From Methylorubrum extorquens (GTDB taxonomy: Bacteria; Pseudomonadota; Alphaproteobacteria; Rhizobiales; Beijerinckiaceae), in NCBI GenBank assembly GCA_900234795.1, contig LT962688.1:1500001-1532000 (forward strand): 32,000 nt of DNA, given 5' to 3'. The notes under the pieces were generated by a model. The model was not told the origin of the DNA. It made no database searches and saw nothing but the letters and a program-made list of their open reading frames with translations. Shown in pieces: positions 1 to 8,928 of this stretch. The translations under genes and the position numbers were made by a program. How positions within the stretch are numbered: position 1 is the stretch's first letter; every line of letters starts with the position of its first letter.

Positions 1-321
1 GCGCAGGCGGTTGTCGTTGGCGGCACCGGCTTGGTCCGGCCGGGGGGCGGGATCATCAGCGGCGGTGCCGCGCTCCCTCTCTTGAGCGATCTCTCGGGCG
101 ATCTCCTGCCAGATATGGGCCGGCGGCTCGATTGCGGGCACGGCGCGCGCGAGCGGAGCGAGACGCCGCTCCCAGGCGCTCACGGCCGCCTCGGTGGCCG
201 GATCGACCGCCCGCTCCAATTCGAACGCGGCGCGCTCCCCCGCATCGAGGGTGCCGAGCACGTACTCGGCCGCCCGCAGGTCGCGTTCCGCCGGTTCCGG
301 TCTGCCGCTCCCGCCGCTCAC
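1..321 (-). CDS. anti-sigma factor, N-terminal part (gene continues past base 1)
   Basis: Absent from the ORF track because it is truncated by the window edge. Hand translation of the minus strand from GTG at 321 gives VSGGSGRPEPAERDLRAAEYVLGTLDAGERAAFELERAVDPATEAAVSAWERRLAPLARAVPAIEPPAHIWQEIAREI..., open to base 1. The GTG overlaps the sigma gene stop (GTGA, 318-321). The AAEYVLG..L...ER..FE...W...L.PL pattern is typical of RskA-type anti-sigma N-terminal domains. Confidence 0.7.
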   Translation of the reverse strand, partial: MSGGSGRPEPAERDLRAAEYVLGTLDAGERAAFELERAVDPATEAAVSAWERRLAPLARAVPAIEPPAHIWQEIAREIAQERERGTAADDPAPRPDQAGAANDNRLR

Positions 322-872
322 GCGATATGCTCCAGGCAGGATTTCAGGGCGGCCAGCGTCCGGTGCAGCCAGGTCTTCACGGTGTTGACGGGCCGCTCGA
401 AGCGTTCGGCGAGTTCCTCGCGGGACCAGCCCTCGCAATAGGCCAGCACGACGCAGTCGCGCTGGGTCGGATCGAGCCGGGACAGGCAGGCGACGAGCGC
501 CTCGCGGTCGAGGAAGGCGCCTTCCTCGTCGGTCGGGGCGACGAGGCGCTCCATCCAGGCCTCCCCGCTGTCACCAGACGGCATCGGAACCTCGCTCCGG
601 CGGCGCAGGCCGTCGATGGCCCGGTTGCGCGCGATCGTACACAGCCACGGAAGCGGGGCCCCGGCCGAGGGCGCGTAGGAACCCGCCGATTGCCAGAGCT
701 TCAGGTAGACATCCTGAAGCACGTCCTCGGCGAGGCTCCGGTCTCGTTGGATACGCAGGATGATCCCGAAAAGTTTCGGCGCGGTCCGGTCGTAGAGCGC
801 CCGCAGGGCCGCCACGTCCCGGCGGGCGACGCGGTCCAGCAGCCCGGCCAGTTCTCCGTCGTGCGGCGTCAC
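318..872 (-). CDS. ECF-family RNA polymerase sigma factor (sigma-70 regions 2 and 4)
   Basis: 184-aa ORF. Region 2 is visible as DVLQDVYLKLWQSAGSY...PLPWLCTIARNRAIDGLRRR. Region 4 HTH is visible as LDPTQRDCVVLAYCEGWSREELAERFERPVNTVKTWLHRTLAALK. It is translationally coupled to the downstream anti-sigma gene. Confidence 0.9.
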   Translation of the reverse strand: MTPHDGELAGLLDRVARRDVAALRALYDRTAPKLFGIILRIQRDRSLAEDVLQDVYLKLWQSAGSYAPSAGAPLPWLCTIARNRAIDGLRRRSEVPMPSGDSGEAWMERLVAPTDEEGAFLDREALVACLSRLDPTQRDCVVLAYCEGWSREELAERFERPVNTVKTWLHRTLAALKSCLEHIA

Positions 873-1311
873 GGCCCGCTCCCGGCGGACGCGGCGCGGA
901 GGGAGGTCGTCGGAGGACGCGGCATGGTTCCGGGGCGTCTGGATGGGAGGCGCCCGCCGGGCGCTCAGCGCGGCGGGACAGGGAGCGGCACCCTATCGGA
1001 GGCTTTGCCGACGCACCACAGGCCGTGACGGCCTCGGCAGGGCAATCGCGAAGCCGTTCGGCGGTTTCGCGGCGCGAAGAAGCGCGGTGCGGAGCGAAAG
1101 GAGGAGGGCGCAGTGCCCGGCCCCGGCGCCGGTGCCTTTCGACGCGGCGGCGGGCGGGTGTCGGCGCGAGATGCGCCGCCTATCTGTGTCGGAAGCGCAG
1201 CCCGGCGAACCTTGCGGACGGGAGACGGATGCGGCCGCCCCGGCGGCCGCCGTTTCCGCACAAGTCGGTCCACGGGCGGCGGCGGAGTGGGGCGCAGGGA
1301 AATCGCAGAAC

Positions 1312-2288
1312 ATGTCCGCGCACGGCGAATTCAGGATTCCGGCCGCCCTGCAGCCGAAGGCCGGCGACTACGCCTACGATCTGGAGCGGGCGCTGACTTC
1401 GGTCGTGTCCCTCTCCTCGCGGGTGCCGGCGGAGGCCTTCACGGCGGAGACGCTCGGCACCGAGCGGGCGGGCAACGGCGTGGTGATCCGCGAGGACGGG
1501 CTGGTGCTCACCATCGGCTACCTCGTGCTGGAGGCCGAGAGCGTCTGGCTCACCACTCATGACGGGCGCTCGGTGCCGGCCCACGTCGTCGGCTATGACG
1601 GGGAGACCGGCTTCGGCCTCGTCCAGGCGCTCGGCCGCCTCGGCCTGCCCGCTCTGAGGCTCGGGCGCTCGGATACGCTGAAGGTCGGCGAGCGGGCGGT
1701 GATCGCGGGGGGCGGGCGGACGCTCGCACAGCCTCGCGGTCGAACTCGTCGCCCGGCAGGAATTCGCCGGCTACTGGGAGTACGTCCTCGACGACGCCCT
1801 GTTCACCACCCCTGCCCATCCCCACTGGGGCGGCACCGCCCTGATCGGGCCCGACGGCGCGCTGGTCGGCATCGGCTCGCTTCAGCTCCAGCAGGGCGGC
1901 ACGGGGGCGGGTCGGGCGATCAACATGGTCGTGCCGATCGAACTCCTGCCGCCGATCCTGACCGATCTCGAGACCCGCGGCCGGGCCGACCGCCCGCCCC
2001 GCCCCTGGCTCGGCCTCTACGCCACGGAGACCGAGGACGGCGTCGTGGTGATGGGGACCGCCGACAGGGGCCCGGCCGAGGCCGCCGACCTGCGCGCGGG
2101 CGACGTGCTGACCGAGGTGGCGGGTGAGCCGGTCGCCGACCTCGCCGGCTTCTTCCGGCAGGTCTGGGCCCTTGGGGAGGCGGGGGTGCGCGTCCCCCCT
2201 CACGGTCAACCGGGACGGGCGCCTGACCCGGCTCGCGCTGACCTCGGTCGATCGCGAGCGGTTCCTGATCGGACCGAAGCTGCACTGA
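1312..2288 (+). pseudogene. S1C (DegP/trypsin-like) serine protease with C-terminal PDZ, reading frame broken twice
   Basis: Frame 1 from ATG 1312 reads MSAHGEF...GNGVVIREDGLVLTIGYLV...VVGYDGETGFGLVQA...ERAVIAGGG. Homology then continues in frame 2 (RSHSLAVELVARQEFAGYWEYVLDDALFTTPAHPHWGGTALIGPDGALVGIGSLQL...PWLGLY...GDVLTEVAGEPV). It finishes in frame 3 (VPLTVNRDGRLTRLALTSVDRERFLIGPKLH, stop 2286-2288). The two shifts fall at G6 (1707-1712) and C6 (2194-2199). Confidence 0.7.
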
Positions 2289-2326
2289 CCCGTGCTTCGT
2301 GCCCGGCAGACGGGATCACCCTTGGA

Positions 2327-3949
2327 TCACACGATGAGGAAATCCGTGTGGTCGAGGGCAGCGTGGTTATCCAGCACCGCGACCAGGACGGCCTCTTTCC
2401 GCCCGCTGCCGTCGGCGTCGTAGAACAGCTCGCCCGTCTTCTGCTTGTAGAGAATGCGGTCGTCGGCATCCGCCTTGATCGCCTTGGCCGGACCGAGGTT
2501 CTTGAACTGCTCAGGCGCCAGCGCCCCGGTGTCGAGGCCCGAGAACACCGCGTGGTCGAGGTGGAACACGTCGTCCTGTGACGTGAAGTCCCTGACGTGA
2601 TCGACGTTGCCGCGGCCGAGCCGGGCATCGAACACGAAGGTGTCGGCGCCGGCTCCGCCCGTGAGCCGGTCGGCGCCGAGGCTGCCCGCGAGGCTGTCGT
2701 CACCGCCGCCGCCGTCGAGCCCGTTGTCGCCGGCATTGCCGATCAGCCGCTGGCCGAAGGCGTTTCCGGTGAGGGAGAGCGGCGCGCATCCGGTACTCTT
2801 GGCGAGCTGCAGGATCTCGATCTCCTGGCCGGCAGCCAGCGTGTAGGCGCTCGTCGCGACGAGCCGGTCGGTGCCCTGCCCCCTGCCCTCGAACACTTGG
2901 TCGCCGGGCGTGTCGACGAAGTAGGTGTCGTCGCCGGCCCCGCCCACGAGCTGATCGCGGCCGCCTCCGCCGCGCAGGACGTCGTCGCCCGCATCGCCGA
3001 ACAGCCGGTCGGCGCCGGCCGTGCCGATGAGCGTATCGTCGCCGGCAAAGCCCAGGACCGGATTGCCGCTCCCGTCCGCCTCGAGCCGGTCGTCGCCCCG
3101 GCCGCCGACCATGTAGGCGACGCCCTCGGGCTTGTTCAGGAAGCCGTAATCGATCCCGGTGGCTTGGCTCGCGGCGGCGACCAGATTGCCGAAAACCGCT
3201 TCCGGCGTGCCCGCGGCGGGACGGCCGGCGAGTTCCTGATAGAAGCGCGCATAGGCATCAAAGCCGAGATCCTCGTAGACTTGGGTGAGCAGGGCGGCGG
3301 CGAGGTCCGCAGCCCCCCAATTGTTGGGGTTCGGAACGCCGGTCGCCGCGCCGAGGGTGTTGGCGAGCGTGGTGCCCGCCTCCCCGAAGAAAGTCTGCGC
3401 AAGGTCTTCGAGGATGGACTGCTTGAATTCGTCGAAGGGCAGGGCACCGAACGCGCTGCCGGGGATGCCGGCCTCCTGCATCGACACGAACCGGTTGGCG
3501 ATCGCGAACCCCGTGACGAAGGCATCCACGGTCCCGAGTTGCGGGCCGTAGAACCAGAAGTTCCGCCCGAGTTCGTAGAAGACCGTCTGATCGAAGGTGC
3601 CGCCTTCGGCCGCGCCGGCGTAGAGCTGATCGAACGCGCCGGTCGTGAGCTCGATGCCGGTGGCTCCGAGAAAGCCGATCGCGCTCGCCGCGCCTCCGAG
3701 CGCCGTGGGCACCTCGGCGATCGTGAGCAGGCCGTTATAGGCTCTGTACGTGGCCGGAGCCTGCCCGGTGATGGCGAGGTAGACCTCGTAGGCGGCGTCG
3801 ATCCTGTTCAGGATGTCCTGCATGACATCGCCGTCGAGATCGTTGGCCGATGTCAGGAGCGCGACGTGCTGGCCCTGCCACGGATAGAGCGAGACGAGGT
3901 AGCCATCGTACACGAAGTAGGGCAGCGCCCCGTCGGGAGAGATCGCCAT
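2327..3949 (-). CDS. RTX-type calcium-binding repeat exoprotein (probable type I secretion substrate) with an unknown N-terminal domain
   Basis: 540-aa ORF. It has several GGxGxD nonapeptide-like repeats (GGRGDDRLEA, GFAGDDTLIG, GDAGDDVLRG, GGAGDDTYFV, GNAGDNGLDGGGGDDSLAGSLGADRLTGGAGADTFVF). The C-terminal tail reads ILYKQKTGELFYDADGSG...HTDFLIV. No N-terminal signal peptide is obvious. Confidence 0.85.
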   Translation of the reverse strand: MAISPDGALPYFVYDGYLVSLYPWQGQHVALLTSANDLDGDVMQDILNRIDAAYEVYLAITGQAPATYRAYNGLLTIAEVPTALGGAASAIGFLGATGIELTTGAFDQLYAGAAEGGTFDQTVFYELGRNFWFYGPQLGTVDAFVTGFAIANRFVSMQEAGIPGSAFGALPFDEFKQSILEDLAQTFFGEAGTTLANTLGAATGVPNPNNWGAADLAAALLTQVYEDLGFDAYARFYQELAGRPAAGTPEAVFGNLVAAASQATGIDYGFLNKPEGVAYMVGGRGDDRLEADGSGNPVLGFAGDDTLIGTAGADRLFGDAGDDVLRGGGGRDQLVGGAGDDTYFVDTPGDQVFEGRGQGTDRLVATSAYTLAAGQEIEILQLAKSTGCAPLSLTGNAFGQRLIGNAGDNGLDGGGGDDSLAGSLGADRLTGGAGADTFVFDARLGRGNVDHVRDFTSQDDVFHLDHAVFSGLDTGALAPEQFKNLGPAKAIKADADDRILYKQKTGELFYDADGSGRKEAVLVAVLDNHAALDHTDFLIV

Positions 3950-4242
3950 TGCCGTCCGCTCCGCTTGTCCGGCCCGGATATCGGGGAGGGGGGGCTCACG
4001 GTACCGCCGGCGCGGTTTGCCTGTCTCGGCCGCGATGTGGCACCCGCGAGCAATTGCGGCTTAAGTCTTCCGGAGCGGTTGCGCCGGTTCGCGAGAAGGG
4101 CGTGCTTCACTGAGCGCGTCCGCTGCGCGCTTCGCCGACGCGGCGAGGGAGCGCATCCTGTCCTTCGCGCTGGCCGCGCCCCGCCTCGCCTGCGGTGCCC
4201 GCCCGCATTGATCGCGCGGCCGCGTGGTTCTATTCCGTTGCG

Positions 4243-5667
4243 ATGACGAACCCGATCCATATCGTCGGCGGTGGCCTCGCCGGTTCCGAAGCGGCCTGGC
4301 AGGTCGCGCAGGGTGGCCGCACGGTCGTGCTGCACGAGATGCGGCCCGTTCGCGCCACCGATGCCCACCACACCGACGGGCTGGCCGAACTGGTCTGCTC
4401 CAATTCCTTCCGCTCGGACGACGCGAACGGCAACGCCGTCGGCCTGCTGCATCAGGAGATGCGCAGCCTCGACTCGCTGATCATGCGCACGGCCGACGCC
4501 CACCAAGTGCCCGCGGGCGGGGCGCTCGCCGTCGATCGCGAGGGGTTTTCGCGGGCCGTCACCGCGGCGCTGGAGGATCACCCCAACATCACCATCCTCC
4601 GCGAGGAGGTCGCCGGCCTTCCCCCCGAGGACTGGGGTTCGACCATCCTCGCCACCGGCCCCCTCACCTCCCCGGCGCTGGCCGAGGCCGTCGGCGCGCT
4701 GACGGGCCGGGAATCGCTCGCCTTCTTCGACGCCATCGCCCCGATCGTCCACCGCGACTCGATCGACATGGGCAAGGCGTGGTTCCAGTCCCGCTACGAC
4801 AAGGCCGGCCCCGGCGGCACGGGGGCGGACTACCTCAACTGCCCGATGGACCGGGAGCAGTACGAGGCCTTCGTCGCCGCGCTGATCGCGGGCGAGAAGA
4901 CGGCGTTCAAGGAATGGGAGGCCTCGACCCCCTATTTCGACGGCTGCCTGCCGATCGAGGTGATGGCCGAGCGCGGGCCCGAGACCCTGCGCCACGGGCC
5001 GATGAAGCCGGTCGGGCTCACCAATCCGCACAACCCGACGGTCAAGGCCTACGCCATCGTCCAACTGCGCCAGGACAATGCGCTGGGCACCCTGTTCAAC
5101 ATGGTCGGCTTCCAGACCAAGCTGCGCCACGCCGAGCAGGTCCGGGTCTTCCGCACGATTCCGGGGCTGGAGAATGCCGAGTTCGCCCGGCTCGGCGGCC
5201 TGCACCGCAACACCTATCTCGACAGCCCGCGCCTGCTCGACGCGACCCTGCGGCTGAAGGCACGGCCCCAGCTTCGCTTCGCCGGCCAGATCACCGGATG
5301 CGAGGGGTACGTCGAGAGCGCCGCGGTCGGGCTGATGGCCGGCCGCTACGCGCTCGCCGAAGCGGAGGGGCAGACGCTCGCCCCCCTGCCCCCGACGACC
5401 GCGCTCGGGGCGCTCATCGGCCACATCACCGGCGGCCACGTCGAGGCGCCCGAGGAGGCGGAGCGCAACGCACCGCGCTCGTTCCAGCCGATGAACGTGA
5501 ATTTCGGGCTGTTTCCGCCGCTGGCGCAGATGCCGCGCAACGAGACCGGCAAGCGCCTGCGCGGGCCCGAGAAGGCGGCGCTCAAGAAGCGCGCGCTCAC
5601 CGACCGGGCCCGGGAAGACCTCGCCGCCTGGATGACGGGTGAGCGACTTCCGCACGCGGCGGAGTAG
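4243..5667 (+). CDS. trmFO: methylenetetrahydrofolate--tRNA-(uracil54-C5)-methyltransferase, FAD-dependent
   Basis: [23 protein letters not shown] (FAD fold), [18 protein letters not shown] and [20 protein letters not shown] are characteristic of TrmFO/Gid. I place the start at ATG 4243 rather than the track start 4195, so that the protein begins just before the GGGLAGSE motif. Confidence 0.95.
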   Translation: MTNPIHIVGGGLAGSEAAWQVAQGGRTVVLHEMRPVRATDAHHTDGLAELVCSNSFRSDDANGNAVGLLHQEMRSLDSLIMRTADAHQVPAGGALAVDREGFSRAVTAALEDHPNITILREEVAGLPPEDWGSTILATGPLTSPALAEAVGALTGRESLAFFDAIAPIVHRDSIDMGKAWFQSRYDKAGPGGTGADYLNCPMDREQYEAFVAALIAGEKTAFKEWEASTPYFDGCLPIEVMAERGPETLRHGPMKPVGLTNPHNPTVKAYAIVQLRQDNALGTLFNMVGFQTKLRHAEQVRVFRTIPGLENAEFARLGGLHRNTYLDSPRLLDATLRLKARPQLRFAGQITGCEGYVESAAVGLMAGRYALAEAEGQTLAPLPPTTALGALIGHITGGHVEAPEEAERNAPRSFQPMNVNFGLFPPLAQMPRNETGKRLRGPEKAALKKRALTDRAREDLAAWMTGERLPHAAE

Positions 5668-5690
5668 AGAGCGGCCCCGCCGGCGCCGGC

Positions 5691-5739
5691 TTCAGGGCGC
5701 GGCCCTGAACACCCGCCAAAGGGCCGTGAGGCCCTTTGG
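5691..5739. terminator. two tandem GC-rich hairpins between convergent trmFO and the epimerase gene (putative bidirectional terminator)
   Basis: Hairpin 1 is TTCAGGGC-gcg-GCCCTGAA (5691-5709). Hairpin 2 is CCAAAGGGCC-gtga-GGCCCTTTGG (5716-5739). There is no clear U-tract, which is common in high-GC genomes. Confidence 0.5.
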
Positions 5740-5751
5740 AAACTTGGGATG

Positions 5752-6939
5752 TCAGAAGGGGCCGGGCTTCGACCAGACGGTGTGGTTGACCTGATCGATG
5801 TAGGACAGGACGATCCGCACGACCTTGGTCGAAACCGCGCCGCCCTGGTAATCCGGCACGGCCCCGGCGAAGCGGCGGCCCTCACCATAACCGTCGCGCA
5901 CGGCCCGCACCGCCTCGACCAGATCGACCTTGCCGAGCGGCGCCACGATCAGCGTGCCGGCATCCATGCCCTCCGGCCGCTCATGCGCGTCGCGGAAGGT
6001 GACCGCCGGCAGGTCGAGCAAGGCCGCCTCCTCGGCGATGGTGCCGCTGTCGGACAGGACGCAATGGGCGCTCGTCTGAAGCTTCACGTAGTCGATGAAG
6101 CCGAAGGGCGGCAGGAAGCGAACGCTGTCGGGCAGCGACAGATCGCCCACGGCTTCGAGCCGGGCGCGGGTGCGCGGATGGGTCGAGACGACGATGGGCA
6201 GGCCGAACGCAGCGTGCAGCCGGCCGAGCTCTTCCAGGAAGACTCGCAGCCGGGCCGGCGAATCGACGTTCTCCTCGCGGTGGGCCGAGACGATGAAGAA
6301 CCGGTCCGGTTCGAGCCCGAGCCGGGCCAGCACGTCGGAGGCCTCGATCTTCGGGCGGAACTCGTCCAGCACCTCTTCCATGTGCGAGCCGACCTTGAAG
6401 ATGCGCTGCGCCGGCAGCCCCTCGGCCAGGAGGTAGCGGCGGGCATGCTCGGTCAGCACGAGGTTCACATCGCTGAGGTGGTCGATGACCTTACGGTTGA
6501 TCTCCTCCGGCACCCGCGGGTCGAAGCAGCGGTTGCCCGCCTCCATGTGGAAGATCGGGATCTTGCGCCGCTTGGCCGGGATCACGGCGAGCCCCGAATT
6601 GGTGTCGCCGTAGATCAGCACCGCGTCGGGCTGTTCCAGTTCGAGCACGGCGTCGGCGCGCTCGATCACCCGAGCGATCGTCGCCGCCGCATTCGGTCCG
6701 GCCGCTTCGAGGAAGTGGTCGGGCTTGCGGATGCCGAGGTCGTCGAAGAAGACCTGATTCAGCTCGTAGTCGTAGTTCTGGCCGGTATGGACGAGAACGT
6801 GGTTCGTCAGCCGGTCCAGCGCCCGGATCACGAGCGACATCTTGACGAGTTCGGGCCGCGTTCCGACCAGGGTGAGGATTTTTTTCAAAGGTCTCGGTCC
6901 CGGATCGGAGGCTGGAGCGCATTCCGACGAAGTGCTCAC
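5752..6939 (-). CDS. non-hydrolysing UDP-N-acetyl-hexosamine 2-epimerase, FnlC/WbvD/Cap5G-like
   Basis: 395-aa ORF with KILTLVGTRPELVKMS, HTGQNYDYELNQVFF, IYGDTNS and IFHMEAGNRCFDPRVPEEINRKVIDHLSD. This is the signature of the FnlC-type branch of the WecB family. It is the last gene of the L-hexosamine operon. Confidence 0.85.
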   Translation of the reverse strand: MSTSSECAPASDPGPRPLKKILTLVGTRPELVKMSLVIRALDRLTNHVLVHTGQNYDYELNQVFFDDLGIRKPDHFLEAAGPNAAATIARVIERADAVLELEQPDAVLIYGDTNSGLAVIPAKRRKIPIFHMEAGNRCFDPRVPEEINRKVIDHLSDVNLVLTEHARRYLLAEGLPAQRIFKVGSHMEEVLDEFRPKIEASDVLARLGLEPDRFFIVSAHREENVDSPARLRVFLEELGRLHAAFGLPIVVSTHPRTRARLEAVGDLSLPDSVRFLPPFGFIDYVKLQTSAHCVLSDSGTIAEEAALLDLPAVTFRDAHERPEGMDAGTLIVAPLGKVDLVEAVRAVRDGYGEGRRFAGAVPDYQGGAVSTKVVRIVLSYIDQVNHTVWSKPGPF

Positions 6940-7014
6940 CGGTTCATCGAAAGAATGCGCGTCAAAACAAGAACCTAGAGACGCTGACCTGATGCAATCA
7001 GGTCGGATACGGCT

Positions 7015-8049
7015 CTAGGAGGCGGCCCTGGTCCGCGAGGCGGGCTTCAGGGCTTGCTGGATGTAGTCGAGCTTGAGCAACAGATCGATGACCTGCTGCT
7101 GGTTCATCCGCTGCGTGTTGTGCGAGGTATAATCCTCGGCGGCCGAAATCGCCGTCTCGCCGGAGGTGAAGAACTTCGAGTAGTTTAGGTCACGGTCGTC
7201 GGCGGGGATGCGGTAGAACCCGTCCATGTCCTCGGCCCGCGCCATCTCCTCGCGCGAGACCAGGGACTCGTACAGCTTTTCGCCGTGGCGCGTGCCGATA
7301 ATCTTGATCTCGTTCTTGGCTTCAAAAATCGTCCGCAGGGCTTCGGCCAGATCCTGGACCGTGCAGGCGGGCGCCTTCTGCACGAAGATGTCGCCCTGCT
7401 GTCCGCGCTGGTAGGCGAACAGCACCAGATCGACCGAATCCTCCAGCGACATCAGGAAGCGGGTCATCGTCGGATCGGTGATGGTGAGGTCGCGCCCCTC
7501 TTTGATTTGGTTCACGAAAAGCGGAATCACCGAGCCGCGCGAGGCCATGACGTTGCCGTAGCGCGTGGCGCACAGGATCGTGTCGTCCTTGGCCAACATG
7601 CGCGACTTGGCGATCGTCAGCTTCTCCATCATCGCCTTGGACAGACCCATGGCGTTGATCGGATAGACCGCCTTGTCGGTCGAGAGTACGACCATCCGCT
7701 CGACGCCCGACGCGACCGCGGCGTTCAGCACGTTCTCGGCCCCGAGGATGTTCGTGCGCACCGCCTCCATCGGATAGAACTCGCAGGACGGCACCTGCTT
7801 CAACGCCGCCGCGTGGAAGATGTAATCGACGCCCTTCACCGCCGGCGCGATCGAGTTGTACTCACGCACGTCGCCGATGAAGAAACGGACCCGCGGATCG
7901 CGCAGCAGGAGGCGCATGTCCTCCTGCTTCTTCTCGTCGCGGCTGAAGACGCGGATCTGGCCGATATCGGTGGCGAGGAAGCGCTGGATCACCGCGTTAC
8001 CGAAGGAGCCGGTACCGCCGGTGATGAGGAGTGTCTTGCCGGAGAACAT
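7015..8049 (-). CDS. UDP-GlcNAc 4,6-dehydratase/5-epimerase, FnlA/WbvB/CapE-like
   Basis: The real start is ATG at 8049 (MFSGKTLLITGGTGSFGNAVIQRFL...), giving 344 aa. Also present: FSRDEKKQ, FIGDVRE, IFHAAALKQVPSCEFYPMEAVRTNILGAENV, LSTDKAVYPINAMGLSKAMMEK. The track ORF extends upstream to 8400, but that extension overlaps the reductase gene and is Arg/Pro-rich. The start overlaps the upstream stop by 1 nt (TGATG). Confidence 0.9.
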   Translation of the reverse strand: MFSGKTLLITGGTGSFGNAVIQRFLATDIGQIRVFSRDEKKQEDMRLLLRDPRVRFFIGDVREYNSIAPAVKGVDYIFHAAALKQVPSCEFYPMEAVRTNILGAENVLNAAVASGVERMVVLSTDKAVYPINAMGLSKAMMEKLTIAKSRMLAKDDTILCATRYGNVMASRGSVIPLFVNQIKEGRDLTITDPTMTRFLMSLEDSVDLVLFAYQRGQQGDIFVQKAPACTVQDLAEALRTIFEAKNEIKIIGTRHGEKLYESLVSREEMARAEDMDGFYRIPADDRDLNYSKFFTSGETAISAAEDYTSHNTQRMNQQQVIDLLLKLDYIQQALKPASRTRAAS

Positions 8050-8924
8050 CAGCGGATCCGTGAGAAGGCTTCGTCGTCGAAACGACGCATGTTGCGGATG
8101 AGATCCGGCCAGGACGGCGGTGCGTAGCCGACCGCGGCCCGGAACCGGTCCGAGTTGAGGGAGCGGTCGATCGCCACCGCGTCGTCGGGCTCGATCTCGG
8201 TTGCGACGCCGTAGACGTCCTTCACGATCCCGAGCAGGTCGAGCTTGCTGATCGGGTCCACGCTCACATGGTAGACGCCGCGCAGTGACGGGTTCGGCAG
8301 CACATGGTCGGCGATCACCCGCACCAGCTCGTCGGTGGTGAGGCCCGAGAAGATCGCCCGCCGGTAGCCGCGCACCGAACCGCTCTGGGCCAGGAACCAC
8401 TCAACGAGACCGTTGCGGCTGCCAATCTCACGACCGATGATGGAGGTGCGCAGCGTGACCGCGTTCGGGTAATCGACCTCGCCGAGGAGCTTCGAGCGCC
8501 CGTAGAGATCCTCCGCATCCGGGACATCGCTCTCGCGATAGTCGCCTTTGCGGCCGGTGAAGACGCAATCGGTGCTCACATGGATGAGGCGAGCGCCGAC
8601 GAGGTCGGCCAACCGGGCGAGCCGGTGCGGCAGGATGGCGTTGATCGGGATCGCGACCAGCGGGTCCTCGGCGGAGGCGAGCTGCTTGACGACGCCAACG
8701 CAGTTCAAGACCACGTCGGGCCGCACGTCACGCAGGAAGCCGGCCAGCGCGTCGGCATTCTCGACGTCGATTCCGACCGTGATGTTGGCGGCATCTTCCG
8801 GAAAGATCTTTTTTACAGCCGAGGAGCGCGCCGTCGCATAGACCGACCCAGGAAAGCTTTTTGACAAATATCGAAAGGCGGCACTTCCAAGCATGCCGGA
8901 TGAGCCTAAGACTGCAATCTTCAA
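8049..8924 (-). CDS. RmlD-like NDP-4-keto-6-deoxy-hexose 4-reductase (WbvR-like)
   Basis: 291-aa ORF with a TTG start. Rossmann motif MKIAVLGSSGMLGS. Other motifs: DVVLNCVG, IHVSTDCVF, and YGRSKLLGE (YxxxK). Its length and architecture match RmlD-type reductases, not the roughly 370-aa FnlB/WbjC/CapF type. Confidence 0.8.
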   Translation of the reverse strand: MKIAVLGSSGMLGSAAFRYLSKSFPGSVYATARSSAVKKIFPEDAANITVGIDVENADALAGFLRDVRPDVVLNCVGVVKQLASAEDPLVAIPINAILPHRLARLADLVGARLIHVSTDCVFTGRKGDYRESDVPDAEDLYGRSKLLGEVDYPNAVTLRTSIIGREIGSRNGLVEWFLAQSGSVRGYRRAIFSGLTTDELVRVIADHVLPNPSLRGVYHVSVDPISKLDLLGIVKDVYGVATEIEPDDAVAIDRSLNSDRFRAAVGYAPPSWPDLIRNMRRFDDEAFSRIR

Positions 8925-8928
8925 TTTC

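Noticed and set aside
906-931. GGAAC (minus strand, 931-927), a possible ECF -35 box upstream of the sigma gene
   Set aside because: No CGTT/CGTC-type -10 element lies at the expected 16-17 nt spacing, and a single pentamer is not evidence.
132-1028. 298-aa plus-strand ORF, with nested ORFs, overlapping the ECF sigma gene
   Set aside because: It is extremely Arg/Pro/Gly-rich and lies antisense to a gene with clear sigma-70 motifs. This is typical shadow ORF behaviour in high-GC DNA.
2597-4246. 549-aa plus-strand ORF opposite the RTX gene; similar cases are 2206..2736, 1550..2209 and 1920..2285
   Set aside because: It has low-complexity Ala/Gly/Arg/Glu composition and no recognisable motifs. 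It lies antisense to, or out of frame with, ORFs that do have motifs.
3853-5655. 600-aa minus-strand ORF and the 472-aa frame-shifted plus ORF (4224..5642) across trmFO
   Set aside because: trmFO in its own frame has unmistakable FAD and TrmFO motifs. The alternatives are Arg/Gly-rich shadows.
5749-6978. 409-aa plus-strand ORF opposite the 2-epimerase gene, and 7285..8127 opposite the dehydratase gene
   Set aside because: These are antisense shadows of genes with strong family signatures.
8050-8400. N-terminal 117-aa extension of the dehydratase ORF (track start 8400)
   Set aside because: The extension overlaps the reductase gene, is Arg/Pro-rich and has no homology. The Rossmann motif follows ATG 8049, which gives the canonical 344-aa length.
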